Below, in pieces: positions 40,338-51,400 of a stretch of DNA of 64,000 nt (position 1 is the first letter of the stretch; each line of letters starts with the position of its first letter). A program made the translations under genes and the position numbers. The notes under the pieces are model-generated. The model was not told where the DNA came from. It worked only from the letters and a program-made list of their open reading frames with translations, and searched no databases. Source of the DNA: Protoeuglena noctilucae (lineage: Eukaryota). The DNA lies in contig OY253671.1 in NCBI GenBank assembly GCA_958009085.1, positions 62,001-126,000 on the forward strand. The letters are read 5' to 3'.

Positions 40338-41102
40338 ATGCAATCGTTTTACGTCTTTCGACCCGCAGCTCGCCTGCAGCTCTCCGCGCGCCCGGCTCCG
40401 CGCCTGGTGCGTGCGGACGCGTCGCTGCAGTTCGTCAAGGGCATCGTCGAGGACTGCATCCCCGACGTCAAGCTCACGCGTTCCAGGGACGGCTCGTCGG
40501 GCACCGCGACGTTCGTGTTCGAGAGCCCCTCCGTGTTCGAGGTGCGTTTTTGTTGTGCCCAGTCTTCCAGCCCCGCGTTTTGCCGATTTTTCTCAGTACG
40601 CGCATCGCCTATCGTCTTTCGCATTTCCCGCAGGCATCGGCGGACATCGGCGACATCACGGGACTGTACATGGACGACGAGGAGGGGACCATTCAGACGG
40701 TGGAGGTGCAGGCCAAGTTCGTGAACGGCAAGCCCTCCAAGGCGAGTCTTTCTTGTTCGTGCGGATGCATAGAGCATTACATATGTATTATCTGTCCTCC
40801 GATCCCACAACGCGCGACGAATGGGGGCAGGACGAGCCGCAGCACGTTCCCGGCACTGGTGGACTTCCCAGCCCTATCATACAGACTCGCGGACTTGCGA
40901 AAGCAACATGTTGAGGCCCTTCCCTTTGCTCTCTAAGCACCTTTCCAGTTTCTGAGGACCACCCCGCTGCCTGTGTTGTTCGTGTTGTTCGCAGATCGAG
41001 GCGCGGCACGTGATGCGTAGCGCGGGGGAGTGGGACCGTTTCATGCGTTTCATGGAGCGATACGCGAACGAGAAGGGGCTCGGGTTCAGCAAGGCCAAGT
41101 GA
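40338..41102 (+). CDS. PSB28: Photosystem II assembly factor Psb28
   Basis: [71 protein letters not shown]; two introns. Start ATG chosen for a transit peptide ending VRA. Confidence 0.95.
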
Positions 41103-41467
41103 TGCAGGCCCCAGGGTGGGTTGCATGGGGCACGGTAGTGGTGGGGTGCGAATGTCGACATCCCATGTCGCGCCCCCGATGACAGTATGACACCTTTTCA
41201 TGAACGCACTAGCGAGCCGCGCTCTCTGTGATGCTCGCCGGCGGCTCCCACACCGAATGCCCCCCTGCGAGTGCGAGTGTGACTGGTGGCGCTCGCTGTT
41301 GCTTGGAGAGCCCGCACTGTGTCGCTTCGTCGTGTTGTTGAATGGGAGGGCGATTGGTGCTTGGTGCGCGGACCCAAGTGGCCGATCAACGTATCTTTGT
41401 CAGTAAGTATGTCCTTCAAAAAGCAGCTGTAGTGTGTCAGCCACGCCCATGCATGGCGAGCCCCGCG

Positions 41468-42081
41468 TCACTTGCCGCCCTTCTTCGCTTGTTCCGATTC
41501 GGCCTTTGCCGCCACCTCCTCCCCCTCCCGCTCCGCCATCTCCTCCGCCACGTCGTCCTGCGCCACGACGCATAATCGCACCCGTTCGCACTATCATCAC
41601 ATCCCATTCATGACATCGCCCGTCACCATCTGAACAGCGCACCATGGCGCGTCATCATAAAAACACCGCAACTATCCCCTGCGGGGCCACCGCGTGACGT
41701 TACTCACGTGCAGTGCGAGGATGGGCGCGTAATAGTCCTTGTGCTTGAGCATACACTCGTTCATGTCCATGAAAAGCTGCCCGCATTCCTCCGCCATGTT
41801 TCCGCCCTGTTCGCGGACGCAGTCCACGCACTCCTCCCATTTCAAAAACTCCTCTTTGCACTGCCCCCCCTGCGCGGGACCAGACCGGGCGAACGCGGCG
41901 ACGTTTTGCGAACGAGCGATTGCAAGCTGCAATGGTCACTGCAGCTTTTCCGCAAAACTGCGCTCGCCTTCATGAACGTGCACATAGGGCACTCGTACTC
42001 CTCATCGGCATCTTCCGAACCCTCCTGGCCGCCTTCGCCCGCGTCCCCGCCCGCGCGGCTCTCCCCCGCCCCTCCCTGCAT
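41468..42081 (-). CDS. GCK-domain (twin-Cys, mitochondrial IMS-type) protein
   Basis: ECPMCTFMK|GGQCKEEFLKWEECV...EECGQLFMDMNECMLKHKDYYAPIL; last exon inferred. Confidence 0.82.
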
Positions 42082-42840
42082 GGCGACCAAGCACCGCGCG
42101 TCGTCGGGACCGAGGGACGCGGGCCATAGGATCGCTGCCACGTAGCGTACGACAAATGTGTATCCGCGGATCTCGCGCGCGGCGCGGAGATGGCCGCCTA
42201 GGACGGCGATGGCCGCGGACGTGCCGCCCGTGGCTGCCTGGCCCGCGAAAAAGGCAAAACGCATCCCTGCGCCTGGTCCCGCGTCGAACGCACCTTCGAG
42301 GTCGTCTCCGCACTCCCATGCCTCGATCCCTCCTCCCCCGCGGCAGAGGGCGCCTCTGGCCTGGACTCCTCGACTGCGACGGCAACGGCGCTCCCGCGTC
42401 CGCGGCGCCGGATCCCGCGCCACTAGCAGGGCGGACAGTTACGCATTCTATCGCGCAGCACATCGCTGGAAGGCGGAGCCGTGACGTGTGGCCCACGCTC
42501 CGCGCGGCTCAGGCCCCGACGCGCTAAGCACTGCGACGGGCTCCCCGCGCCCCGCCGCGGCCCCGATCGCACGCGCAGCGATCCTGCCAGCATCTGCGCC
42601 TACCTGGCTTCGACTCGGGACTCCCCATCGGCCTTCCTTGCGCAGCAGCGGGCGCGGCAATCGCGAGGACACAAGACCGAGTAGTTTTCGCCCTTTCAAC
42701 GCCGAGCGCTGAGCTGAGACGAACGACAATAGCGCAATAGCGGAATCTAAGCTCTACACCACGCCCAACGCGGCCTCAAGGGTCCAGACGGAACTGGCAC
42801 AAGCCGCCAGACGCCCGTGCCAGACCATCCCACCCCGTGC

Positions 42841-45800
42841 TCATTCGCGCTGCCGCGCCGACCCCTCCGCTCCCTCCCCCGACGCGCGCCCCTCCCGCGC
42901 CACGCCGCCGCCCCTCCCCTCCCTCTCCCCCGCCCCCTCAACCCCCGCCACCGTTGCCGCTGCCGTTGCCGCGTGTGATGGCCTGTCCGGGTGCCTCGAA
43001 GCGCTGCCCGACGCCCTGGGTCCCCTGGCGTTGCGCGCCCTTGATGCGCTCGGGTTCGTGGCTGCCTTCTCTAGCTTTGCGATGTCGTGCACCACCTTCA
43101 TGTTGCCGGAGGTGGTGAGCCAGTCCTTGAACCACATCTGCACCGTCATCTGTGGATATGGGAGGAGATGAGAGTCAGTGTTTGAATGAACTATCACATC
43201 TGCACAGTCATTTGAGATGGGGAGAGAGAGAGCAGGTGAGGGAAGCAGTGAAGTAGTCACCACGCACACACCCACACCCACACCCACCCTCACCTGCAGC
43301 TCCACCTTTTTCGCGTCCGTCAGGTCCGCCCCCCTCACGGCATTCCTCAGCTCCGACACCATCCTAAGCTTCCTATCCAACGCGCTCGCGTACTCGGGGG
43401 GCAACGGGAACACCCCAGGCTCCAAGGTCACGCCCACGGCTGAGGATCCCAGTGCACCGTCGTCTTTGCGGGAAGTGCTCGGGACGCCGCCACCCACGCG
43501 GCCCGGGCCGCCGCTGGGGTGGGGGGTGAGGGTGGGGTGGGGTGGGTGAGTGGGGGTGGCAGTGAGGGGGTAGGTGGGTGAGGTGACTGGGCTGGATGAC
43601 TCAAACAACCGCATGATCGAAGCAGCAACTCCTCACCTCTCTCTGTAGTTGTGTTAACCCCAGCACAACCCCTCACCAGAAGGGTATGGTGAACGGCATG
43701 AGCGTGACAGCCGCTCTCTCTACCATAATCACATTCAACTGTATGTCACCATATCAATAACCCCCTCACCGGAAGGGGATGATGAAGGGCATGAGTGCGA
43801 CAGCCACATTCCCATGACACACTCAATCCATCAATGAGCACAACATATCTCACCGGAACGGGATGATGAAGGGCATGAGGGCGTCCGGCGGCAGTGCCTG
43901 GGCCTGTGGTGGCACAGTGGCATCGGCTGCCCAGGTCGCAGTGCGGCTGGCGGGGCTGCGGGGGTTCTTGGGGGAGTCGGGGGCGGCGGAGCGCGGGTGG
44001 CGGACCAGGGACTGCGGGGGGGTGAGAGGGGTGGGGGTGGCAGTGGCAGTGGGGGCAGCAGTGGGGGTGGTGATGAGGGTGGCAGTGGGGATGAGGAATG
44101 CCACAATATGCTATCTAACTATTCTTATCTCATTCCCTCACCAGCGGCTGGTCCCACAGGTTGACGAGGGACGCCACACGCACGGCGTCCATGTGCGCCT
44201 GCAGCCGCTCGTATCGCGTGCAGTAGGGGGCCACCTGGGATTAAGGGGAAAGAGGGAGAGGTATATTTTGTACTATTGCAGTAGAATAACAGTAAAAATA
44301 AATGTAATAATATTGTAACATTACTGTAAGCAATATTGTGGTGGTGGAGGTTTACATATCATAACATTGTACAGCATATTCCACCCCATCGCATCATCGC
44401 TCGTCTCGCCTGGATGCCCCGCGTGTCACCCAGCAGGTAGGGTGGGCGGTTGGTGCCCAGGTACAGCGTGCAGTTGTGGCAGGAGCTGACTGCGGGGGAG
44501 AGACAGAAGGGGAGCCAGTTAAGGTAAAGTAAAGTGCCAATAACTGATAACTCTGGCTTTCTAATTTCTAACACGAGCATATGTAATGACGGTCACCCCA
44601 TGAGCTTGACGCCCCTCGCAGTCGTTCAACCATACCAACAGTTATCATTGATGATAGCTGTGATAATTATGATGACTAACCAGCCATTCCCTCACCCGCG
44701 ATCCTCTTGCACGCGACGATGAGCTTGACGTCCTCGCACCTCTCCAGCCGAATGAACCGCCCCACCGCTCCCACCACGATCACGCAATTAGAACAGCCAT
44801 ACACGGTGCAGTAGTGGACGGGGACCAGAGCGTAGATGTGGGAGTCCTGGCAGGACTGAAGGGGGGGTGAGGGGGGTGAGGTCTTATTATAAGGGCTATA
44901 AGGGGTGGGTTACCAGGGGGATAAGGTTCGATCCCTGGCAAGGGCGGGACTGGGGGAGCATATCTAGCTACAGCTGCATATCGAATCTGTGATCTATCTT
45001 TAATATACAATCAACCATGGTTGATAATCATACCCACACTCCCCCTCACCACGATCCTGAGCGTCCCCGAGGGGCACGCGTCCTCCCCCCTCACGACCGT
45101 CTCCTTGACAGTGCCTGAGATGTCCTCGGCAGGGGCCAATGCCTGGAGCTGGGCGCCGGGATCGGGGCGGGGGACCACGGGCTGGAGGGGGGGTGTGGGG
45201 GGATGGTGAGAGGGGTGGGGGTGAGGGGTGGGTGAGGGGTGAGGGGTGTTAGGGTGGGTGAGGGTGCGGGGGCGGGGGAGGGAATGTGCTGTGATGAGGT
45301 GTGAGAGTGCAAAGAATGTACGATAACGTACCACGCACCCCTCCTTGTCCCTCACCAGCACCAGGTGCTTCTGGATGTGCTGCACGACCTCGGACGCGGG
45401 TGCCTCCTTGGAGTCTCGGAACTGCGAGGGGGAGATGCCATGGGGAGAGGTGAGGGTGGATCATTAGCACGTGCGATGGGGTGCAGTGCATGGCACGGCG
45501 GTGTGCATGTCACACTGCCACCAATACTCTCACTCGCTCACTCAATCAATGAATCAATCACTCATCTTCACTCACCATAAGCAGTGCTATTGATTCCTAC
45601 AATATAATCATATGCATGTCACAGTATCTCTTATCACTGACCATGGGCAGCGCGGACGCGATGGACCCGTGGCTGTCTACGCATGTCACTCACCATGGGC
45701 AGTGCTGCTTATGTATAAATCAATATTCTATACATAATACATTACTAATCATCTCACTTATCTCACCATGGGCAGCGCGGATGCGATGGACCCGTGGCTG

Positions 45801-47383
45801 TCGGTGGCGGTGCTGCCCACGGACGCCTCCAATTGAAGGAGCTGTGAGGGTGGAGAGGGGATGGGATGGGGTGAGTGAATTTGAATACGTGAGGTGATGA
45901 GGGGGGAGGGGTGGGGTGGGGAGGGGAGGCATGGAGATGGAGGGAGTGTGAGAACAGTCACGCCATCTCCCCCTCTCCCCCTCACCAGCGACAGTTGGTC
46001 CACCTGAGTTGACAATCAGTTTTATCTAGCAATAATGTAACATTAACGCACCCCCCACCCTCTCTTCCTCACCAGCGACAGGTGGTCCACCTGCGCCCTT
46101 GTGACCGTCACAGGAGTGCCTGCTGGGTCGTCCGTGCACATGGCCAATAGCGTCTCCGCGTATGTCTTGATGAAGTCCACATACTGAACCAGCGTCTGCT
46201 CCAATGCGGCCTTGAAGGAGGCGCCGGGGAGGGCACTGGGGTGGCAGTGGGGGTGGGGGTGGGGTTAAGAGTGGCAGTGGGGGTGGCAGTGGGGGTGGTG
46301 TTGAGGGTGGTGTTGAGGGTGGCAGTGGGGGTGGCAGTGGGGGTGGTGATGAGGGCGGCAGTGGGGGTGGCAGTGGGGGTGAGAGTGGGGGTGGAGCGGA
46401 GAGACATGCGTTTGCTCGTCATGCCACGCTGCCACACTCCCTGCACCACCACCCACCCCCTCATCCCTCTTCCCCACTCGTCACTCACCCCGGCGACCGT
46501 GGCCCCGAGGGCGAGGGCGGCCCCTGAGACACCGGCCACACCTCCACCGACTTGGCACTCAGCTCCTGGCCTCTCTTCTGCACCGTCTCGTACAGCTGGG
46601 TCATCAGGAACTGCGAAAGTCGAGCGGCATGGATACTCATTACAAGTTAGATGTATAGCAACTATGGCGCATGGTACGTTCGCCTGTGCCCGTGCGGACC
46701 ACTCCGTTGCGCTCTCACCAGAGACAGCGCGTGGCAGTCGACGTAGCGCGCGGCCCCGGGCCTCGAGGTCCCCTCCGGCGCCGCCTTCTCGTTAATCCCC
46801 GTCCGGATGACCTGGTATGGCGAAATGCCATCCAAAATGTCGAGCACGGCGCGCGCGTGGTGAGACGAGAGCCCGAACACCTCCCCGACCTTCTCGATCG
46901 TGCAGTAATACCAACCGTCCTCCTGAACTGCGTCTGCAATGCCGGGGCGCGGGCGGCGGGGCTCGCGGGTTGCTTGGCGATGGAAGCAAACGCTGCGCTC
47001 GTCGCGGAAACGCACCTTTCATCAGCTCCGCCGCGATCTCCTGCACCTGCGACACCTTGCGGAGGTCCGGAAGCACCCTGGAGGGGCGGGAGAGCAGCCG
47101 GGGATCGCGGGCAGCCGGAGGGGCCGCGCAACGACGCGCCAGCGCGCATCGGGCCGAGCGCCGCGAGGGGGCGTCCGCCGATGCACGGGCGCGGCGCGCG
47201 GGATCCTCGGCAGACGACGCACGCGAACGTCTGCCCGCGCGGCCGGCAAGCCACCGAGCGCGCCGGGCAAATTCAAAGGAAGCCCGCGCGGTCCGCGCCT
47301 GCGCGCGCCGGCCAAGCAGCGACTCACGAGTTCAGCGGGAGCATCCCGAACTCTAACGCCCGGCTCCGGACGGTGAGCGACAT
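42841..47383 (-). CDS. TBCC domain-containing protein 1-like (C-CAP/cofactor C beta-helix)
   Basis: ALEFGMLPL N-terminus, DISGTVKETVV, CQDSHIYALVP, CHNCTLYLGTNRPPYLLGDTRGIQVAPY, PFIIPF, QMWFKDWLTTSGN. Confidence 0.85.
46237..46392 (-). repeat. Same 12-bp minisatellite family in a TBCCD1 intron
   Basis: GTGGCAGTGGGG / GTGGTGTTGAGG units on the + strand. Confidence 0.88.
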
Positions 47384-48452
47384 GGCGCCCGACCCTCGCG
47401 CGCGCGGGGGGTCCCGCACGTGTCCCTGGCCACCCCCGACGGGGCCGAGCCGGCGAGGAGGGGTCCCGCGCCGCTGCTGCGGACGAGCACCGGTAGGAGG
47501 ACCTCACAGACTGCGCTGCTGGATGCTGGCAAGCCAAGATGGGCCGAGATGCGCGCTGCAATCTGGTCGGTCCGGCCACGCCGTGTGGACGACCTGGGAG
47601 TGCAAAGCGTCGTAGTTGTAAAGCGCAATGCGCGAGGCGTCGAGCTCAAAGCTCGATCGGCTTCCCTGGCAACGAAACCGATCGACGGGCACCCTCTCTC
47701 CTAAGCGCAGGGATGGTTCGCCACCACCACAACGAGCGTTCGCGACTGGGATCGTCGAAGCGAAGATCGATCGTCGCAAGAGCACCTCTCGCAACCCCCC
47801 ACGCCCCCGGTAGGCCACACCCGCGTCCGGTCCGGACCGGCCTTCACATAAGGGCAAGCTGTCCCGCGTGAGAAGGCTGTGGAGCATGCTGGCGCGGACC
47901 GCGACCGCCTCCCTGGGCTCCAGGGCGGGGACGAGGGCTGCGGGGAGCGAGGCGAGCCCGGTGAGCCGGACAGGCGGGGCGGACGCGGTTTCGAGTGCGC
48001 GTGGAACATCGTGATGTCATTTACAAGCCGTCGGTACTGGGATCCGCGTTCCCGGTGCGCCCGCCGGGCGCGAGGGCCCCCCGCACCTCGCGCTCCTGGC
48101 TGCGGAGAGAGGGGTCCCGTCGCCGCTCCCTGAGCGACGTCGCCGCGGCTTTCCGCATTTACGCTTTTCCCCGCGTATGCAAGTCTCTTCCGCGGATGCT
48201 CTCATCGCCGCGGAACGCTCCTCGGCCGCGTGTGCCTGGAGCGTTTCCTCGGTCGACCTCGCGGGGCCCGCGATGCGGCCGGAGCGAGCCCTCGTCGGTC
48301 GCGCTAGTTTCTTTGTTTGCACCTGCGTTCCTGGATAGCCCGCTTGGGCGCATCCGACCTCGCCGTCGCGGCCCGTTGCCTGTTGCATGCGGGCAACGTG
48401 ACGATTCACGCCCACTGTCCCGCCCCGTCGCCCGCAGTCGCTCCTCCGCGCA

Positions 48453-51400
48453 ATGTCCCTCCCCGCGCTCGCCTCTCGTCCGCTGCTGGCCGCCGCCCGA
48501 GCCCGCCAGCCCTCCGCGCGCCGGGGCGTGCTGCTGGTCCGATCCGCGGCCGCCGTCGCCGAGCCGATCAAGTACGCGGCCCCCCGCCAGGCGCACGGAT
48601 TCGAGCTCGTGCGGGAGAAGTTCGTCGCCGAGGCGAGAGCCGCGCGGATCAGCCACGCGCGGGGCGCTTTGAGCTCGATAATCACCTCATGTGCAATTTT
48701 ACTCGCGAACGGAGGTCAAACGGCCCCCGATTGACTCTCCCGCAGAACGATTCGCACGTGTTGATGTACCGTCACGTGAAGACGGGCGCGGAGGTGATGT
48801 CGCTGGTGTGCCGGGACGAGAACAAGTGCTTTGGCGCCGTGTTCCGCACTCCGCCCTCCGACTCGACCGGAATCCCCCACATCCTCGAGCACTCGGTGCT
48901 CTGCGGGTCCCGCAAGTACCCCATTAAGGCGAGGGGGCGAGCGAACGAGCGAGCGCGGCTGCACTGAGAGGTTCTGCAACACGCGCATCGACAGCACTTG
49001 CAACACCAGATTCCAAACCATCCCCCATCTCCCACCCCACCCCAGGAGCCCTTCAACGAGTTCATGAAGGGCTTTCTAGATATCCTTCTGGAAATGATAT
49101 CTTAACACCTCCCTCCATATAACCCCTCCCCCCATCTCCCCAGGAGCCCTTCAACGAGCTCATGAAGGGCTCCCTCAACACCTTTCTCAATGCCTTCACC
49201 TACCCCGACCGCACCTGCTACCCCGTGGCCAGCACCAACCTCCAGGACTTCTACAACCTGGTCGACGTGTACCTGGATGCCGTGCTGCACCCCAAGTGCG
49301 TCGACGACGAGATGACATTCAAGCAGGTGAGGAGTGGGTGGGGGGGGGTGGGGGTGGCAAGAGAGCAGGGGAGGGGGTGGGCGTGGGGTAAGCGAGTGAT
49401 CTGCATACAGGCTGGCACTTGGAGCTGGACAGAAGACAGCATCATGTTGGTATGTAATACTAGTACTAGATGTAAGACTAATTGTAATACTAACACTCAC
49501 AACCCCACTCCCCCATCCCCACCCAGGAGGGCTGGCACCTGGAGCTGGACCGCCCCGACGAGGACGTGACCATCAAGGGCGTGGTGTTCAACGAGATGAA
49601 GGGCGTGTACTCGCAGCCCGACTCGGTCTTCTATCGCACAGTCCAAGCGGAGCTGTTCCCTGACAACACGTACGGGGTGGACTCGGGGGGCGATCCTTTG
49701 GTCATCCCGGACCTCACGTTCAAGGGGTTCCGGGCGTTCCACCAGGTGAGTGATGGGGAAGTGGTGGTAGCTATTAGTATAATCATATAGAGAGTAATAT
49801 ACTTTCTATAATGGTTGTGTTCGAGGGGTTTGGGGCGTTCCACCAGGTGGGGGGCGGGGGGTGAAGAGAGCGGGGATAGAGAGTTAGAGTAGCCTTAATG
49901 AGGCAACTGGTGCAGCAGCACTGACCACCACACCTCATCTTTTTTACTACACTCTGTCAACACACAACATAGTACTAGCTAACACCCCCATAACGCATCG
50001 ATTCCCCCAGAAGTTCTACCACCCCTCCAACGCCCGCTTCTGGTTCTATGGGGACGACGCCCCCGAGGAGCGACTCCGCATTCTGGCGACGTATTTGGAC
50101 GAATTCGAGAAGAGGGACGTCGACTCGGCCGTGCCCGTGCACAAACTATTTCAGGAGCCCAAGAAGGGTGAGGGGGGTGGGGTTGGGTGGGGGTGTGGGG
50201 GTGGGGTGTGATGATGGGGTGGGGTGCATGGGGTAGCGATGAGCAAGGGGGTGGGGTAGGGGGTAGCGATGGGCGAGGGTGAGGGAAAGGGGTGGAGTGG
50301 GGTGGGGGTGGGGGGGTGATGGTGTGTGGGGGCCGTCACAACCCCACACCGCGTTCCCCCCACCTGTCGCACCTGCACGCGGTCCATACATTCCCTTACT
50401 TACTTACCATCTATCTCTGAATCCATCTATCCCAATCCCACCTTTCTCACACCACCATCTACCACCATCCATCCCCGCATCCATCTGTTCCAATCCCATC
50501 ATATCTATCCCACTCCCACCATATCTGATCCCCCCACCTCCCTCTCACAGTCACTAGGTACTACGCGGCAGGGTCGGCCGACGATGGCGACATGGCAATG
50601 GGAGAGGGCGAGGAAGAGGGAGTGATGGAGGAGGGTGCTAGTGAGGGTGCTGGTGAGGGTGCCAGTGAGGGTGCTAGTGAGGGTGCCTGTGAGGGTGGCA
50701 GTGAGGGTGCTAGCGAGGGCCTTACTGAGACTGAGAGTGGTCCCTCTGACAATGCAGCGTCGGACCGCAAGGCCTTTGCTTCCGTGTCGTGGGTGCTGAC
50801 GGATGAGGACCTGGATGTGCAGACAGAGCTGGCGCTGGGGTTCCTGGACTACCTCATGACGGGCACGGCAGCATCGCCACTGGTGAGAACGAGAGAGGGG
50901 GGGTGGGTGTAGTTGTAGGTGGTGATGGGGTAGGGTGAGGGGTGGGGGGTGGATGGGTGATGTGAGTGACGGGCACGGCAGCATCGCCACTGGTGAGGGG
51001 GTGGGGTGGTGGGTGTAGTGGGTCGCCGGCTGGCTTGCAAGAGTAATTGTAATGCCAAGTTGGGGTACCTCAATTACAACGTTGTCATGTAACTTGACAC
51101 CACCCTCTCCCCTCTCCCCTCCTCATCCCCAGCTCAAGGCGCTGAATGACTCCGGCCATGTCACTACTACAACCCGTAACACCCATCTCCCTTCCCCCAC
51201 CCACAGCGCAAGGCCCTGAACGACTCTGACCGTATCACTATTGTCCTTAACAATAACTTATAACACCCTATCCCTTCCTCATCCCCAGCGCAAGGCGTTG
51301 AACGACTCTGGCCTGGGCGAGGCGCTGGTGGGGGGCGGCATGGAGGACGATCTCAGGCAGCCGGTCTACTCGATCGGGCTCAAGGGGGTGGACCCCAAGG

